Below, piece by piece: positions 17,589 through 26,065 of a stretch of 36,002 bases of DNA; position 1 is the first letter of the stretch, and the number at the start of each line of letters is the position of its first letter. Below the pieces are notes generated by a model that did not search any database, was not told the DNA's origin, and worked only from the letters and a program-made list of their open reading frames with translations. The position numbers were made by a program, and so were the translations under genes. Location: NCBI GenBank assembly GCA_003545155.1, contig DQCH01000132.1, positions 2,011 to 38,012 of the forward strand, read 5' to 3'. Origin of the DNA: Candidatus Acetothermia bacterium (lineage in GTDB: Bacteria; Bipolaricaulota; Bipolaricaulia; UBA7950; UBA9294).

Positions 17589-19668
17589 AGCTAGAGTAAC
17601 CTCGACTCCTGATAATCTCCTTCCTAAACCCTTCTGGGACCACATCGTAGCGCACCACACGCAGTGTGTAGGTAGCTCGACCTTGAGTCAAAGAACGCAG
17701 TCGCGTAGCATAGCCGAACGTCTCCGCGAGTGGGATAGCCACGAAGACGATCTGCACCATCTCCCGCGACTGAAGTTCTCGGATCTCCCCGCGCCTGCGC
17801 GCCAGGTCCTCCATAATTTCCCCCAGGTACTCGCCCGGAGTGATTACCTCCCCCTCCATAATTGGCTCAAGAAGGTCAAAACTTCCCCTTCTATATACCT
17901 TATGAAGCGCAGTAACTGCAGCCACCCGGAAGGCTAGCTCGGACGAATCGACTGGGTGAAAAGATCCCCCAATCAAGGTAGCCCCAATATCCACTAAAGG
18001 ATAACCGGCGAGGGGACCGTTTGTCAACGTCTCCTTCAGCCCCTTCTCAATCGCCGCTCTATACTCCCGTGGGATCTCGTCTCTCTTGACTGTATCTGTA
18101 AATTGAAAACCGCTTCCGCGCGGGAGGGGCTCGAAGTGGACGATAACATGGCCGTATTGCCCTCGTCCTCCGGTCTGCTTGACAAATTTTCCCTCCACGT
18201 CAATCGGCTCGCTGAGCGTCTCGCGATAGGCAACCTGGGGCTGCCCCACAAGAGCAGAGATGCCGTACTCCTCACGAAGTCGGCGCACTAGGACCTCCAA
18301 ATGCAGCTCCCCCATCCCTGAGATAATCGTTTGATTCGTCGTCTTATTGACATCCACACGGAAGGTCGGATCCTCTTGAGCAAGCTTCGCCAACCCCTCG
18401 GAGAGGACCCCCTGCTCGGCCTCGGTACGCGGTTCGATAGCAATAAAGACGACCGGTTCCGGAAATTTTATTTTCTCTAGGAGGATCGGGGAAGACTTAT
18501 CGCAGAGCGTATCTCCAGTCGAGATCTCGCGAGAACCTACAATCGCTACGATCTCCCCCGCCTGCGTTTCATTCAAGGGAGTGCGCTGATTGGCGTGCAT
18601 CCGGAAAATCTTCATAAGTCGAAGGCCCTTACCTGTTGACGCATTGAACAGATGGTTACCTGCTTCCACTTTTCCTGAATAAACCCTGATAAACACCAAT
18701 CGCCCGGTATAGCGATCGGTGACGACTTTGAACGCCAACGCAGAGAATGGTTGATCAACCTCCGCTGTACGCTCTTCGTCACTACCTACTCCACGCACTG
18801 GAGGGATATCCACCGGCGAGGGAAGGTAACGAACAACGGCGTCGAGAAGCGGCTGTACGCCCTGGTTTTGGAAGGCCGAACCTCCCAAAACTGGAACAAC
18901 GCTGTGGTGGATACACCCACGGCGAAGTCCTTCATGGAACGCCGCCGCGTCAATTTCTGCACCCGCAATATACGCCTCCATCACCCGGTCGTCATACTCG
19001 GCGACTCTCTCAACAGCCATTTCACGATAGCGCTCTAGCTCCTCCCAGATCGTTTCAGGAACGGAGAGATACTCATAACGCTCTCCCTTGCTCTTAGGGT
19101 CCCAAACGATCAGGCGCCGTGCGAGGAGGTCAATCATTCCCACCAAGCGGCGATTCTCGTCACGATAGGGAAGCTGAAGTGGAACGACGACTACACCCAA
19201 CCGATCCTCGATCATCGCCAGGGTTTGGGTATAACTCGACTCAACGCGATCAAGCTTGTTGACAAACGCCAAGCGTGGAATACGGTAACGATCCGCTTGT
19301 CGCCACACGGTTTCGGACTGCGATTCCACCATCTCCACTCCAGAGAAGATAACAATTCCCCCGTCGAGTACGCGTAGTGACCGCTCCACCTCAGCAGTGA
19401 AGTCCACATGCCCCGGGGTATCGATAATGTTGATCCAGTGGTCGCGCCAGGAGCAGGTTGTCGCCGCAGACGTGATAGTGATTCCCCGTTCTCGCTCCTG
19501 GGTCATCCAGTCCATCTCAGTATCCCCTTCGTGTACTTCGCCCATCTTATGGGTCCGTCCAGTGTAGTAAAGAATCCGTTCCGTGGTGGTGGTCTTCCCA
19601 GCATCTATATGAGCCATGATGCCAATATTACGGACCCGTTTTATCCCCACAGAAACGTCGGTGGACAT
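17569..19668 (-). CDS. fusA: Translation elongation factor G
   Basis: 699 aa. G1 AHIDAGKTT, G3 DTPGH, G4 NKLD, plus domain IV/V blocks. Sits in the canonical position after rpsG. Confidence 0.96.
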   Translation of the reverse strand: MSTDVSVGIKRVRNIGIMAHIDAGKTTTTERILYYTGRTHKMGEVHEGDTEMDWMTQERERGITITSAATTCSWRDHWINIIDTPGHVDFTAEVERSLRVLDGGIVIFSGVEMVESQSETVWRQADRYRIPRLAFVNKLDRVESSYTQTLAMIEDRLGVVVVPLQLPYRDENRRLVGMIDLLARRLIVWDPKSKGERYEYLSVPETIWEELERYREMAVERVAEYDDRVMEAYIAGAEIDAAAFHEGLRRGCIHHSVVPVLGGSAFQNQGVQPLLDAVVRYLPSPVDIPPVRGVGSDEERTAEVDQPFSALAFKVVTDRYTGRLVFIRVYSGKVEAGNHLFNASTGKGLRLMKIFRMHANQRTPLNETQAGEIVAIVGSREISTGDTLCDKSSPILLEKIKFPEPVVFIAIEPRTEAEQGVLSEGLAKLAQEDPTFRVDVNKTTNQTIISGMGELHLEVLVRRLREEYGISALVGQPQVAYRETLSEPIDVEGKFVKQTGGRGQYGHVIVHFEPLPRGSGFQFTDTVKRDEIPREYRAAIEKGLKETLTNGPLAGYPLVDIGATLIGGSFHPVDSSELAFRVAAVTALHKVYRRGSFDLLEPIMEGEVITPGEYLGEIMEDLARRRGEIRELQSREMVQIVFVAIPLAETFGYATRLRSLTQGRATYTLRVVRYDVVPEGFRKEIIRSRGYSSYGERED

Positions 19669-19713
19669 AGAAGCTCTCTTTCTACCACCTAGAAAACAAG
19701 GAATTGAACCCGA

Positions 19714-20184
19714 CTACCAGCGGTAGTGGGCAAAAGCACGGTTGGCTTCAGCCATGCGGTGGACATCGAGCCGCTTGTTGTAAGCTTTCCCTTCCTTGCG
19801 CGCCGCATCAATAATCTCCGCGGCAAGGCGCCCACTCATTGTATGCTCGCCGCGCTCACGAGCGGCCCGAACGATCCAACGAAGGGCAAGGGCAGTCTGC
19901 CGATCCCGGGGCACCTCGTAGGGAACCTGGTAATTGGCTCCACCGACACGACGGGTGCGTACTTCCAAGCGGGGAGAGCAGTTCGCGACCGCGGCGTTGA
20001 AAACCTCAAGGACAGGAGAATCACTACTTCGATCATCGACCTGTCCCAAGGCTTTATAAACGATCCGCTCCGCGATCGACTTCTTGCCGTCCAGCATGAC
20101 ATAATTAATCAGCTTCGCGAGGAGCCTGCTGTTATACTTGATATCAGGTTCGACACCCCGGCCTGGTATCTGCATTCTTTCCAC
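19714..20184 (-). CDS. rpsG: 30S ribosomal protein S7
   Basis: 156 aa with GTG at 20182-20184, which aligns best with canonical 156-aa S7. An alternative ATG lies at 20175. Contains [31 protein letters not shown]. Confidence 0.95.
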   Translation of the reverse strand: MERMQIPGRGVEPDIKYNSRLLAKLINYVMLDGKKSIAERIVYKALGQVDDRSSDSPVLEVFNAAVANCSPRLEVRTRRVGGANYQVPYEVPRDRQTALALRWIVRAARERGEHTMSGRLAAEIIDAARKEGKAYNKRLDVHRMAEANRAFAHYRW

Positions 20185-20556
20185 CTAGCTCCCCTTCTTA
20201 GCTCCGTACTTCGAGCGCCCCTGTCGACGTCCCTCTACCCCTTCCGCGTCGAGGGGGCCACGAACGATGTGGTAACGTACTCCTGGAAGGTCCTTCACTC
20301 GGCCGCCCCGTACTATGACCATCGAGTGCTCTTGAAGGTTGTGCCCCTCACCGCCGATGTAAGCGGTGACTTCCTTCCCATTACTCAAGCGGACACGAGC
20401 AACCTTGCGCAGTGCCGAATTCGGCTTTTTAGGGGTGCGGGTGTAGACACGCGTGCAGACGCCTCGCCGCTGTGGGCAGGAACCGAGTGCCGGAGCCTTA
20501 CTCTTTCTTACCTTCGGTTTACGTCCTAGTCGAATAAGTTGATTGATCGTCGGCAT
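20185..20556 (-). CDS. rpsL: 30S ribosomal protein S12
   Basis: ATG at 20554-20556 gives [13 protein letters not shown]... (123 aa), with a GGAG run 7 nt upstream. Contains [14 protein letters not shown]. Confidence 0.97.
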   Translation of the reverse strand: MPTINQLIRLGRKPKVRKSKAPALGSCPQRRGVCTRVYTRTPKKPNSALRKVARVRLSNGKEVTAYIGGEGHNLQEHSMVIVRGGRVKDLPGVRYHIVRGPLDAEGVEGRRQGRSKYGAKKGS

Positions 20557-20579
20557 CTTCACACTCCAAATTGTAGCAG

Positions 20580-20608
20580 ATTATAGATTAGCTCATAGAT
20601 TCTGTCAA
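20580..20608 (-). promoter_or_regulatory. Perfect-consensus sigma-70 promoter for the str/S10/spc/alpha gene array
   Basis: The minus strand reads TTGACA (20603-20608), 17 nt, TATAAT (20580-20585). The -35 box lies inside the last codons of rpoC. A second extended -10-like TGCTACAAT follows at 20570-20578. The rpsL ATG is at 20556. Confidence 0.6.
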
Positions 20609-23600
20609 GTCACCGTTGGAAGGCGATTCCCCAGCCTCCACTAGCTCGTCCTCCAGGGTCTTCGGTGCTGCGGGGAACCCAGTCCCAGCCGGAATCTTTT
20701 TTCCAACAATGATGTTTGGCTTCAGCCCTTCCAGTTTATCCACCTCTCCCCGCAAGGCTGCCTCGGCAAGGACCTTGGTTGTCCGCTGGAAGGAGGCAGC
20801 AGAGAGCCATCCTTTCGTCTGCAGCGCCGCCTTGGAGATACGCAGAAGCTCGCGCTCACCAATAGGAAGGCGCTTGTCCTTTAATGGGATCTCGAAGAGT
20901 TCTTCCCCTCGTTGGATGCGGATAAAGTTGAGGCCTGCACAGTGTGCGGCCTTCAGGGTCTCCTCGGTCAAACACTGACCACTTGAGGCAATCAACCGCC
21001 CGCTTGCAACCACGTCTTCGGCAATCTTCTCGCCAATCGTCTCCTTGCGGACCCGCTCCGCCTCAGAGTTCCAGCGGACCAACGCCTGTACCTCCTGGTG
21101 GAACTCCTCCAGTGCAACCAAGTCACCCAGCAGGAAGCGTGAGTCGCCTTGATCCACAATGCGGACGTTGTTTAAGATATGGCGGATGATCACCTCGAGG
21201 TGCTTATCGTTGATATCCACCCCCTGGGCCTTGTAAACCTTATGAATCTCGGTTAGCAGATATCCTCTCACCTTCTGCACGCCGGCTGTCTCCAAGAGAG
21301 TATGGGGGGGCACAACACCTTTGGTTAAAAGGTCACCCTCTTTCACCTTGTCGCCAACCCGTACCGTCGCCATTTGATCGATCTCCACTACACTCTTGGG
21401 TTGAAAGCGAATCGTCGTAACCCTGTCCTTTTTCCTGACCGCCTCCACTTTCAGGAGCCCACTGTAGGGAATCTCCAACTTAAGCAATCTCTCCCCTTCG
21501 CGTACCTGTTCTCCATTTCCTTTCAAAGGAGAAAGGTCAGCGGTGAGAAGGAAGCGCATCGTGCGGCCCGAGGGGTTATAAACGATGATCCTATCTGAGA
21601 GCAAAAGGACGGTTCCCTCGGCCTCCGCCGCGATGAAGATCGGCTTTGACTTCGAAGTGAGCTGCTCCCCCTTCTTCACCGTAGCCCCAGGCTCGACCAT
21701 CATGCGTGCTCCATAAGAGATCTCATACTTCCGGAGACTCCCATCATCTCCCAGTACCTCGAAAGTCCGCTCCTTCCCCTCGGGAAAACGGACCGTCCCT
21801 TTCCTGTCAGACACGATTGATGGAATATTGAACCGCTCGGTGAGCGCTTCTCCGGCAGAGACAACGTCTCCATCTTTCACTAGCGGAATCACGCCTAAAG
21901 GAAGAGGGTAAGAACGGTCGCCGGACTCAGTATCGATTACGAGCATCTCCTTACGCTTACCATCACTCATCAGGTAGACCTCGCCGGCACACGGGCTCCC
22001 GGAATCCATGAGACCATCTACGTCAACCTCTTCTCCTTTCTTGACGCATGCAGTGGCGGAAGGGATCTGAACCGTCCGTGGTTCGCCAGCGATTTCGATC
22101 CGATCGACACCGCTCTCTGTAGGTGTTATTGCGGTCACGTGCCCGTCGAGGGGTGAGATCCAAGCCTGCGCGCTCTTCATCGTTTTACGCGCTTCAAACA
22201 ACTCCTCAGCGCGGGGAAGCCCCTGAGTGATATCCTCCCCAGCCACACCGCCGGTATGAAAGGTACGCATCGTCAGCTGCGTCCCCGGCTCACCGATCGA
22301 TTGTGCTGCAATCACTCCAACGGCCGTACCCAACTGTACCGGCCGGTGGTTACTCATGTCGTACCCATAACAATACTGACAGATCCCATTTCTCGTCTCA
22401 CAGGTCATCGGTGAGCGGATCATGATCTGGGGCCTCACTCTAATCCGGGTGACCCCAGCGGAACGCAGGGCGCCAATCAAGCGAGGAGTGATCAACTCGT
22501 CTGCCTGGAGGAGAACCCGCCCACTAGCCCGATCGCGAATATCTTCAACGCTTTTGGTCCCCACAAGCCGCTCCTGTTCCAACCTAGTACCTATAGGGAG
22601 TTCGACCTCAAACCTGCCGATATGCGCTGCCATCTCGTGAGTGATCCACTGATTCGCTTCCACTAAAACCTCGCCGGTACTCGGGTCGACAATTGGGCGG
22701 GTGGCAACGCGACCGTAGATCCGTTCTTCAATTGGTTCCATCACTTCGGTCTTGCTAAAGCGGAGAGGATCGACCTCTACCCCTTGCGCGGTTCCACAAT
22801 CAATCTCACGGACAACCGTATCCGAGGAGGCATCGACCAATCGGCGGGTGAGGTAGCCGGAGTCCGCTGTCTTTAGTGCAGTATCGGCCGCCCCCTTGCG
22901 GCCGCCATGAGTGGAGATAAAGTACTCTATCATATCCAACCCCTCGCGAAAGTTGGAGATGACCGGCATCTCAATAATCTCCCCCGACGGCCCGGCCATT
23001 GGCCCCCGCATCCCACACAACTGCTTCACCTGATCTGGCCCACCGCGCGCCCCCGAGGTGACAATCCCATACACAGAATTGAACTTATTGCGACGAAGAT
23101 TCCCCATCGTCGCCTCTTCCACTTCATCAACCGTCCTTCGCCAAACGCGGATCACCGCTTGTGTGCGTTCCTCTTCAGTGGCTAACCCGAGTTCGTACAT
23201 CTTGTTGATCCGCCTAACCACCGCGTAGGAGCGCTTGATGGCCTCCTCCTTCTCCGGTGGGATGAGGCAGTCTTTAATCGAAATCGTCAGTCCAGATTGA
23301 GTAGCATACTTGAAACCAAGATCCTTCAGGCTATCGAGAACCTTCGCCGCTCCCTCCCAACCAAGGCGGTGGTAGCACTCCATGATCAAGCGCTTGATCG
23401 CCCGGCGGTCCATTACCCGGCTGTAATCGTGGACCTCGGGCGGAAGAGCAAGGTTCAGCTCAGCCCGACCGAGGGTCGTCTCCACAAGTTTCCCACCAAT
23501 CCTGATCTTCACCAAGCTATGAAGGTCGAGGAATCCCTCCTCATGTGCCCGTCTCGCCTCAAGGATATCCCGAAAGTACTTTCCAGTTCCCTTTCCCTCA

Positions 23601-25570
23601 GAATCGACGAGGGTCAAATAGTAATAAGCGAAGATTGGATCCTGGGTTGGAAGGCTCAGCGGCTCTCCGTTAGCCGGGGAGAGGATATTCCGCGGAGCCG
23701 CCATGAGCTCTCTTGCTTCGGCAATCGCCGTTGGGGAAAGGGGAAGGTGGACCGCCATCTGATCCCCATCAAAATCGGCATTGTATGGTGGGCAGACCAA
23801 AGGGTGAATGTGAATTGCCTCTCCATCAACGAGGAGCGGCTCGAAGGCCTGCATTGAGAGGCGGTGTAGGGTCGGGGCACGGTTGAGAAGCACGGGATGA
23901 TCCTTGATCAGCTTTTCTAAGATATCCCATACCTCAGGCATCTCACCGCGGAGAGCCTTGTTCTTAATCTCATCGAAGTCGGAGAAGGTGGTTGACTCGA
24001 GATAGTGAAGAATGAACGGTTTGAACAGCTCGAGAGCCATCTTCTTGGGAAGCCCACACTGGCTCAACTTGAGCTTCGGGTCAACCACGATCACCGCGCG
24101 TCCCGAATAATCGACGCGGCGGCCGAGAAGGTTCCTCCGGAGTCGACCGTGCTTCCCGTGAATTCGCTCCGAGAGTGACTTAAGCGGCCGATTGTCGCGC
24201 CCGCGGATCGGGCTCTCCTTCTTCTCATTGTGAATCAGGGCATCCACCGCCTCCTGCAGCATACGCCGCTCGTTGCGCAGGATTACCTCTGGCGCCCCCA
24301 TGTCCATCAGTTTCTTTAAGCGATTGTTCCGGTTGATGATCCGACGATAAAGATCGTTTAAATCAGTGGTGGCGAACTTGCCTCCCTCAAGCTGGATCAT
24401 CGGCCGTAGCGCCGGTGGGAGGACCGGAATCACAGTGAGAACCATATCCTGCGGATTGTTCCCTGAAGCCCGCAACTGATCGATCACCTCCAGTCGCTTG
24501 ATCAACTTCCGTTTGGCCCCAACCGTCGTCTCGTGATGTAACTCCACGGTCAAGTCCCGATGGAGTTCATCGAGGCCAATGACCTCTAACAGTCCTTTGA
24601 TCCCTATCGCACCAGTCATTGCCACGAAACCGCCCGGATAGATCCGCTCGTAGGCTCGCTTCTCCAAATAGGTCAAGCGATCCCCAGCCTTGAGGGGAAC
24701 CTCCGGGTCCTTCACGCGCGTGACAAGGAAAATCAGACTGTCCAGGATCTCACGATCGAGTGCTTCCCCTTTAATCTCCGGACCGTACCGGTCAGCGAGC
24801 ATCTCAAAGGCGGTCTTAGAGCAGATATCAGCGACCGGCCTCTCGACAATTAGCGACTCCGCCTTAACCTCGTCCCCGTCCTCAACAAGAAGTTCAACGT
24901 CTCCTATAAGTGGGTACTCCTGAGAACCAATTACTACCGCACGTACCCGCTCCCCGTTGGTAAGGTGGCGTTCCTCTACCGCAACCCGTCCTCCCTCATC
25001 AGTGAGGATCCGTGGAGTACTGGCCACGTAGTACGCCGATTCCACAGAGAAAGGAAATACGCTCGCCAGGATCTCGTATTCCGAGGTGTAAAGGGTCTCC
25101 CCCGGCCGCACCTCCTTGCAATCCGAAGTGGTAACCACGTATAGCGCTTGTTCGATCGGCTCAGTTTCATAGTAGGCAATCCGCTGTAACTCCTTCTTCT
25201 TCATCCCGAGAAGACGACTCAAGAGGCTGGAGACCCCTTTCAAGTACCAGAAGTGGATCACGGGGCTGGCAAGAGCGATGTGTCCCATATTCACACGCCG
25301 TACCGAGGAGTCGGTCACCAAGACGTGACACTTCTCGCAGGTGATCCCCTCGTACTTCTTCCCTTTGTACTTTCCGCAAGCGCACTCGTAGTCATTCTCC
25401 GGTCCGAAGATCTCCTCCGCGTATAGACCGCCCCGTTCAGCCCGGTGGGTCCGATAGTTGATCGTCTCTGACTCGGTAACTTCCCCGTGCGACCAACTAA
25501 CTATCACAGACGGAGACGCAAGCTGAAGCTTCACCCGCTTGATATCATCGCCAGAAATCAATAGGCTCAC
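20588..25570 (-). CDS. rpoC: DNA-directed RNA polymerase subunit beta-prime, unusually long (1660 aa)
   Basis: N-terminal zinc motif [19 protein letters not shown], catalytic NADFDGD (aa 597-603), and trigger-loop region [38 protein letters not shown]. The GTG at 25568-25570 directly abuts a GAGGGG run. The TTG at 25559-25561 has better spacing, so the true start may be 25561. Confidence 0.97.
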   Translation of the reverse strand: MSLLISGDDIKRVKLQLASPSVIVSWSHGEVTESETINYRTHRAERGGLYAEEIFGPENDYECACGKYKGKKYEGITCEKCHVLVTDSSVRRVNMGHIALASPVIHFWYLKGVSSLLSRLLGMKKKELQRIAYYETEPIEQALYVVTTSDCKEVRPGETLYTSEYEILASVFPFSVESAYYVASTPRILTDEGGRVAVEERHLTNGERVRAVVIGSQEYPLIGDVELLVEDGDEVKAESLIVERPVADICSKTAFEMLADRYGPEIKGEALDREILDSLIFLVTRVKDPEVPLKAGDRLTYLEKRAYERIYPGGFVAMTGAIGIKGLLEVIGLDELHRDLTVELHHETTVGAKRKLIKRLEVIDQLRASGNNPQDMVLTVIPVLPPALRPMIQLEGGKFATTDLNDLYRRIINRNNRLKKLMDMGAPEVILRNERRMLQEAVDALIHNEKKESPIRGRDNRPLKSLSERIHGKHGRLRRNLLGRRVDYSGRAVIVVDPKLKLSQCGLPKKMALELFKPFILHYLESTTFSDFDEIKNKALRGEMPEVWDILEKLIKDHPVLLNRAPTLHRLSMQAFEPLLVDGEAIHIHPLVCPPYNADFDGDQMAVHLPLSPTAIAEARELMAAPRNILSPANGEPLSLPTQDPIFAYYYLTLVDSEGKGTGKYFRDILEARRAHEEGFLDLHSLVKIRIGGKLVETTLGRAELNLALPPEVHDYSRVMDRRAIKRLIMECYHRLGWEGAAKVLDSLKDLGFKYATQSGLTISIKDCLIPPEKEEAIKRSYAVVRRINKMYELGLATEEERTQAVIRVWRRTVDEVEEATMGNLRRNKFNSVYGIVTSGARGGPDQVKQLCGMRGPMAGPSGEIIEMPVISNFREGLDMIEYFISTHGGRKGAADTALKTADSGYLTRRLVDASSDTVVREIDCGTAQGVEVDPLRFSKTEVMEPIEERIYGRVATRPIVDPSTGEVLVEANQWITHEMAAHIGRFEVELPIGTRLEQERLVGTKSVEDIRDRASGRVLLQADELITPRLIGALRSAGVTRIRVRPQIMIRSPMTCETRNGICQYCYGYDMSNHRPVQLGTAVGVIAAQSIGEPGTQLTMRTFHTGGVAGEDITQGLPRAEELFEARKTMKSAQAWISPLDGHVTAITPTESGVDRIEIAGEPRTVQIPSATACVKKGEEVDVDGLMDSGSPCAGEVYLMSDGKRKEMLVIDTESGDRSYPLPLGVIPLVKDGDVVSAGEALTERFNIPSIVSDRKGTVRFPEGKERTFEVLGDDGSLRKYEISYGARMMVEPGATVKKGEQLTSKSKPIFIAAEAEGTVLLLSDRIIVYNPSGRTMRFLLTADLSPLKGNGEQVREGERLLKLEIPYSGLLKVEAVRKKDRVTTIRFQPKSVVEIDQMATVRVGDKVKEGDLLTKGVVPPHTLLETAGVQKVRGYLLTEIHKVYKAQGVDINDKHLEVIIRHILNNVRIVDQGDSRFLLGDLVALEEFHQEVQALVRWNSEAERVRKETIGEKIAEDVVASGRLIASSGQCLTEETLKAAHCAGLNFIRIQRGEELFEIPLKDKRLPIGERELLRISKAALQTKGWLSAASFQRTTKVLAEAALRGEVDKLEGLKPNIIVGKKIPAGTGFPAAPKTLEDELVEAGESPSNGDLTESMS

Positions 25571-25621
25571 CCCTCATTAGAAGACCTTCGCCGCCAACCG
25601 ATAGTCTGATCGCCCTTCACG

Positions 25622-25646
25622 AAAAAGCCCCGCGCTCCACGGGGCC
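25622..25646 (-). terminator. Rho-independent terminator-like hairpin between the FmdB-like gene and rpoC
   Basis: The minus strand reads GGCCCCGTGGAGCGCGGGGC followed by TTTTTCG: 6 G-C pairs, extendable to 8 bp with a U-G wobble that exists only in the minus-strand RNA. It lies 58 nt after the FmdB stop and about 50 nt before the rpoC start. Confidence 0.6.
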
Positions 25647-25704
25647 AAGTAACAACGCCATGCCCATTACACTCTGATAGCAAAAAATGTGGACCTGCAA
25701 TCAC

Positions 25705-25926
25705 TTACTCCTCAGCCTTGGAGGTGGGGGTTGTCTTTTCGCTCTTACTTCGGTAGTCGGTCGTGTAATAACCACTCCCCTTGTAAATCACTCCGATACG
25801 GGGGAGGAGACGCCTTGTCGCCTGGCTCCCACAATTAGGACACACAACGGGAGAGCCGTTGCCGTTTTCTTGCAACAGCTTGAATACGGAGCCGCATTGT
25901 TTGCACCTATAGCGATAAAAAGGCAT
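25705..25926 (-). CDS. FmdB-family zinc-ribbon protein (CxxC...CxxC), 73 aa
   Basis: ATG at 25924-25926 gives MPFYRYRCKQCGSVFKLLQENGNGSPVVCPNCGSQATRRLLP..., the typical N-terminal YRCxxCG...CPxCG pattern of this family. A Ser/Thr/Lys-rich tail follows. Confidence 0.75.
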   Translation of the reverse strand: MPFYRYRCKQCGSVFKLLQENGNGSPVVCPNCGSQATRRLLPRIGVIYKGSGYYTTDYRSKSEKTTPTSKAEE

Positions 25927-25977
25927 ACCACCCCTTTTTCCCTCCTCGGGGATTATCACAACTTCACACTCATTGAG

Positions 25978-26002
25978 GGACAGGATCTTTTTTATCCTGT
26001 CC
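25978..26002 (-). promoter_or_regulatory. Perfect 9-bp stem-loop in the spacer between the PP-loop-like gene and the FmdB-like gene
   Basis: GGACAGGAT (25978-25986), 7-nt loop, ATCCTGTCC (25994-26002). There is no U-tract on the transcribed minus strand. The element lies downstream of the promoter candidate at 26038-26065, so it would be part of the leader RNA. Confidence 0.4.
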
Positions 26003-26037
26003 TTTCGCCGACAAAGCCTCTATAGGGTCTTTTAAAC

Positions 26038-26065
26038 AGTATAGCCTGTATGGGCAGTTTTTCAA
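26038..26065 (-). promoter_or_regulatory. Sigma-70-like promoter candidate for the FmdB-like gene (TTGAAA-16 nt-TATACT)
   Basis: On the minus strand, -35 TTGAAA at 26060-26065 (overlapping the stop codon of the upstream gene) and -10 TATACT at 26038-26043. Confidence 0.45.

Noticed and set aside
19726-20529. 267-aa plus-strand ORF
   Set aside because: It is antisense to rpsG and rpsL and has no recognisable motifs. The same reasoning applies to the plus-strand ORFs at 78-671, 8574-9041, 13684-14262, 25687-26025 and 35271-35867.
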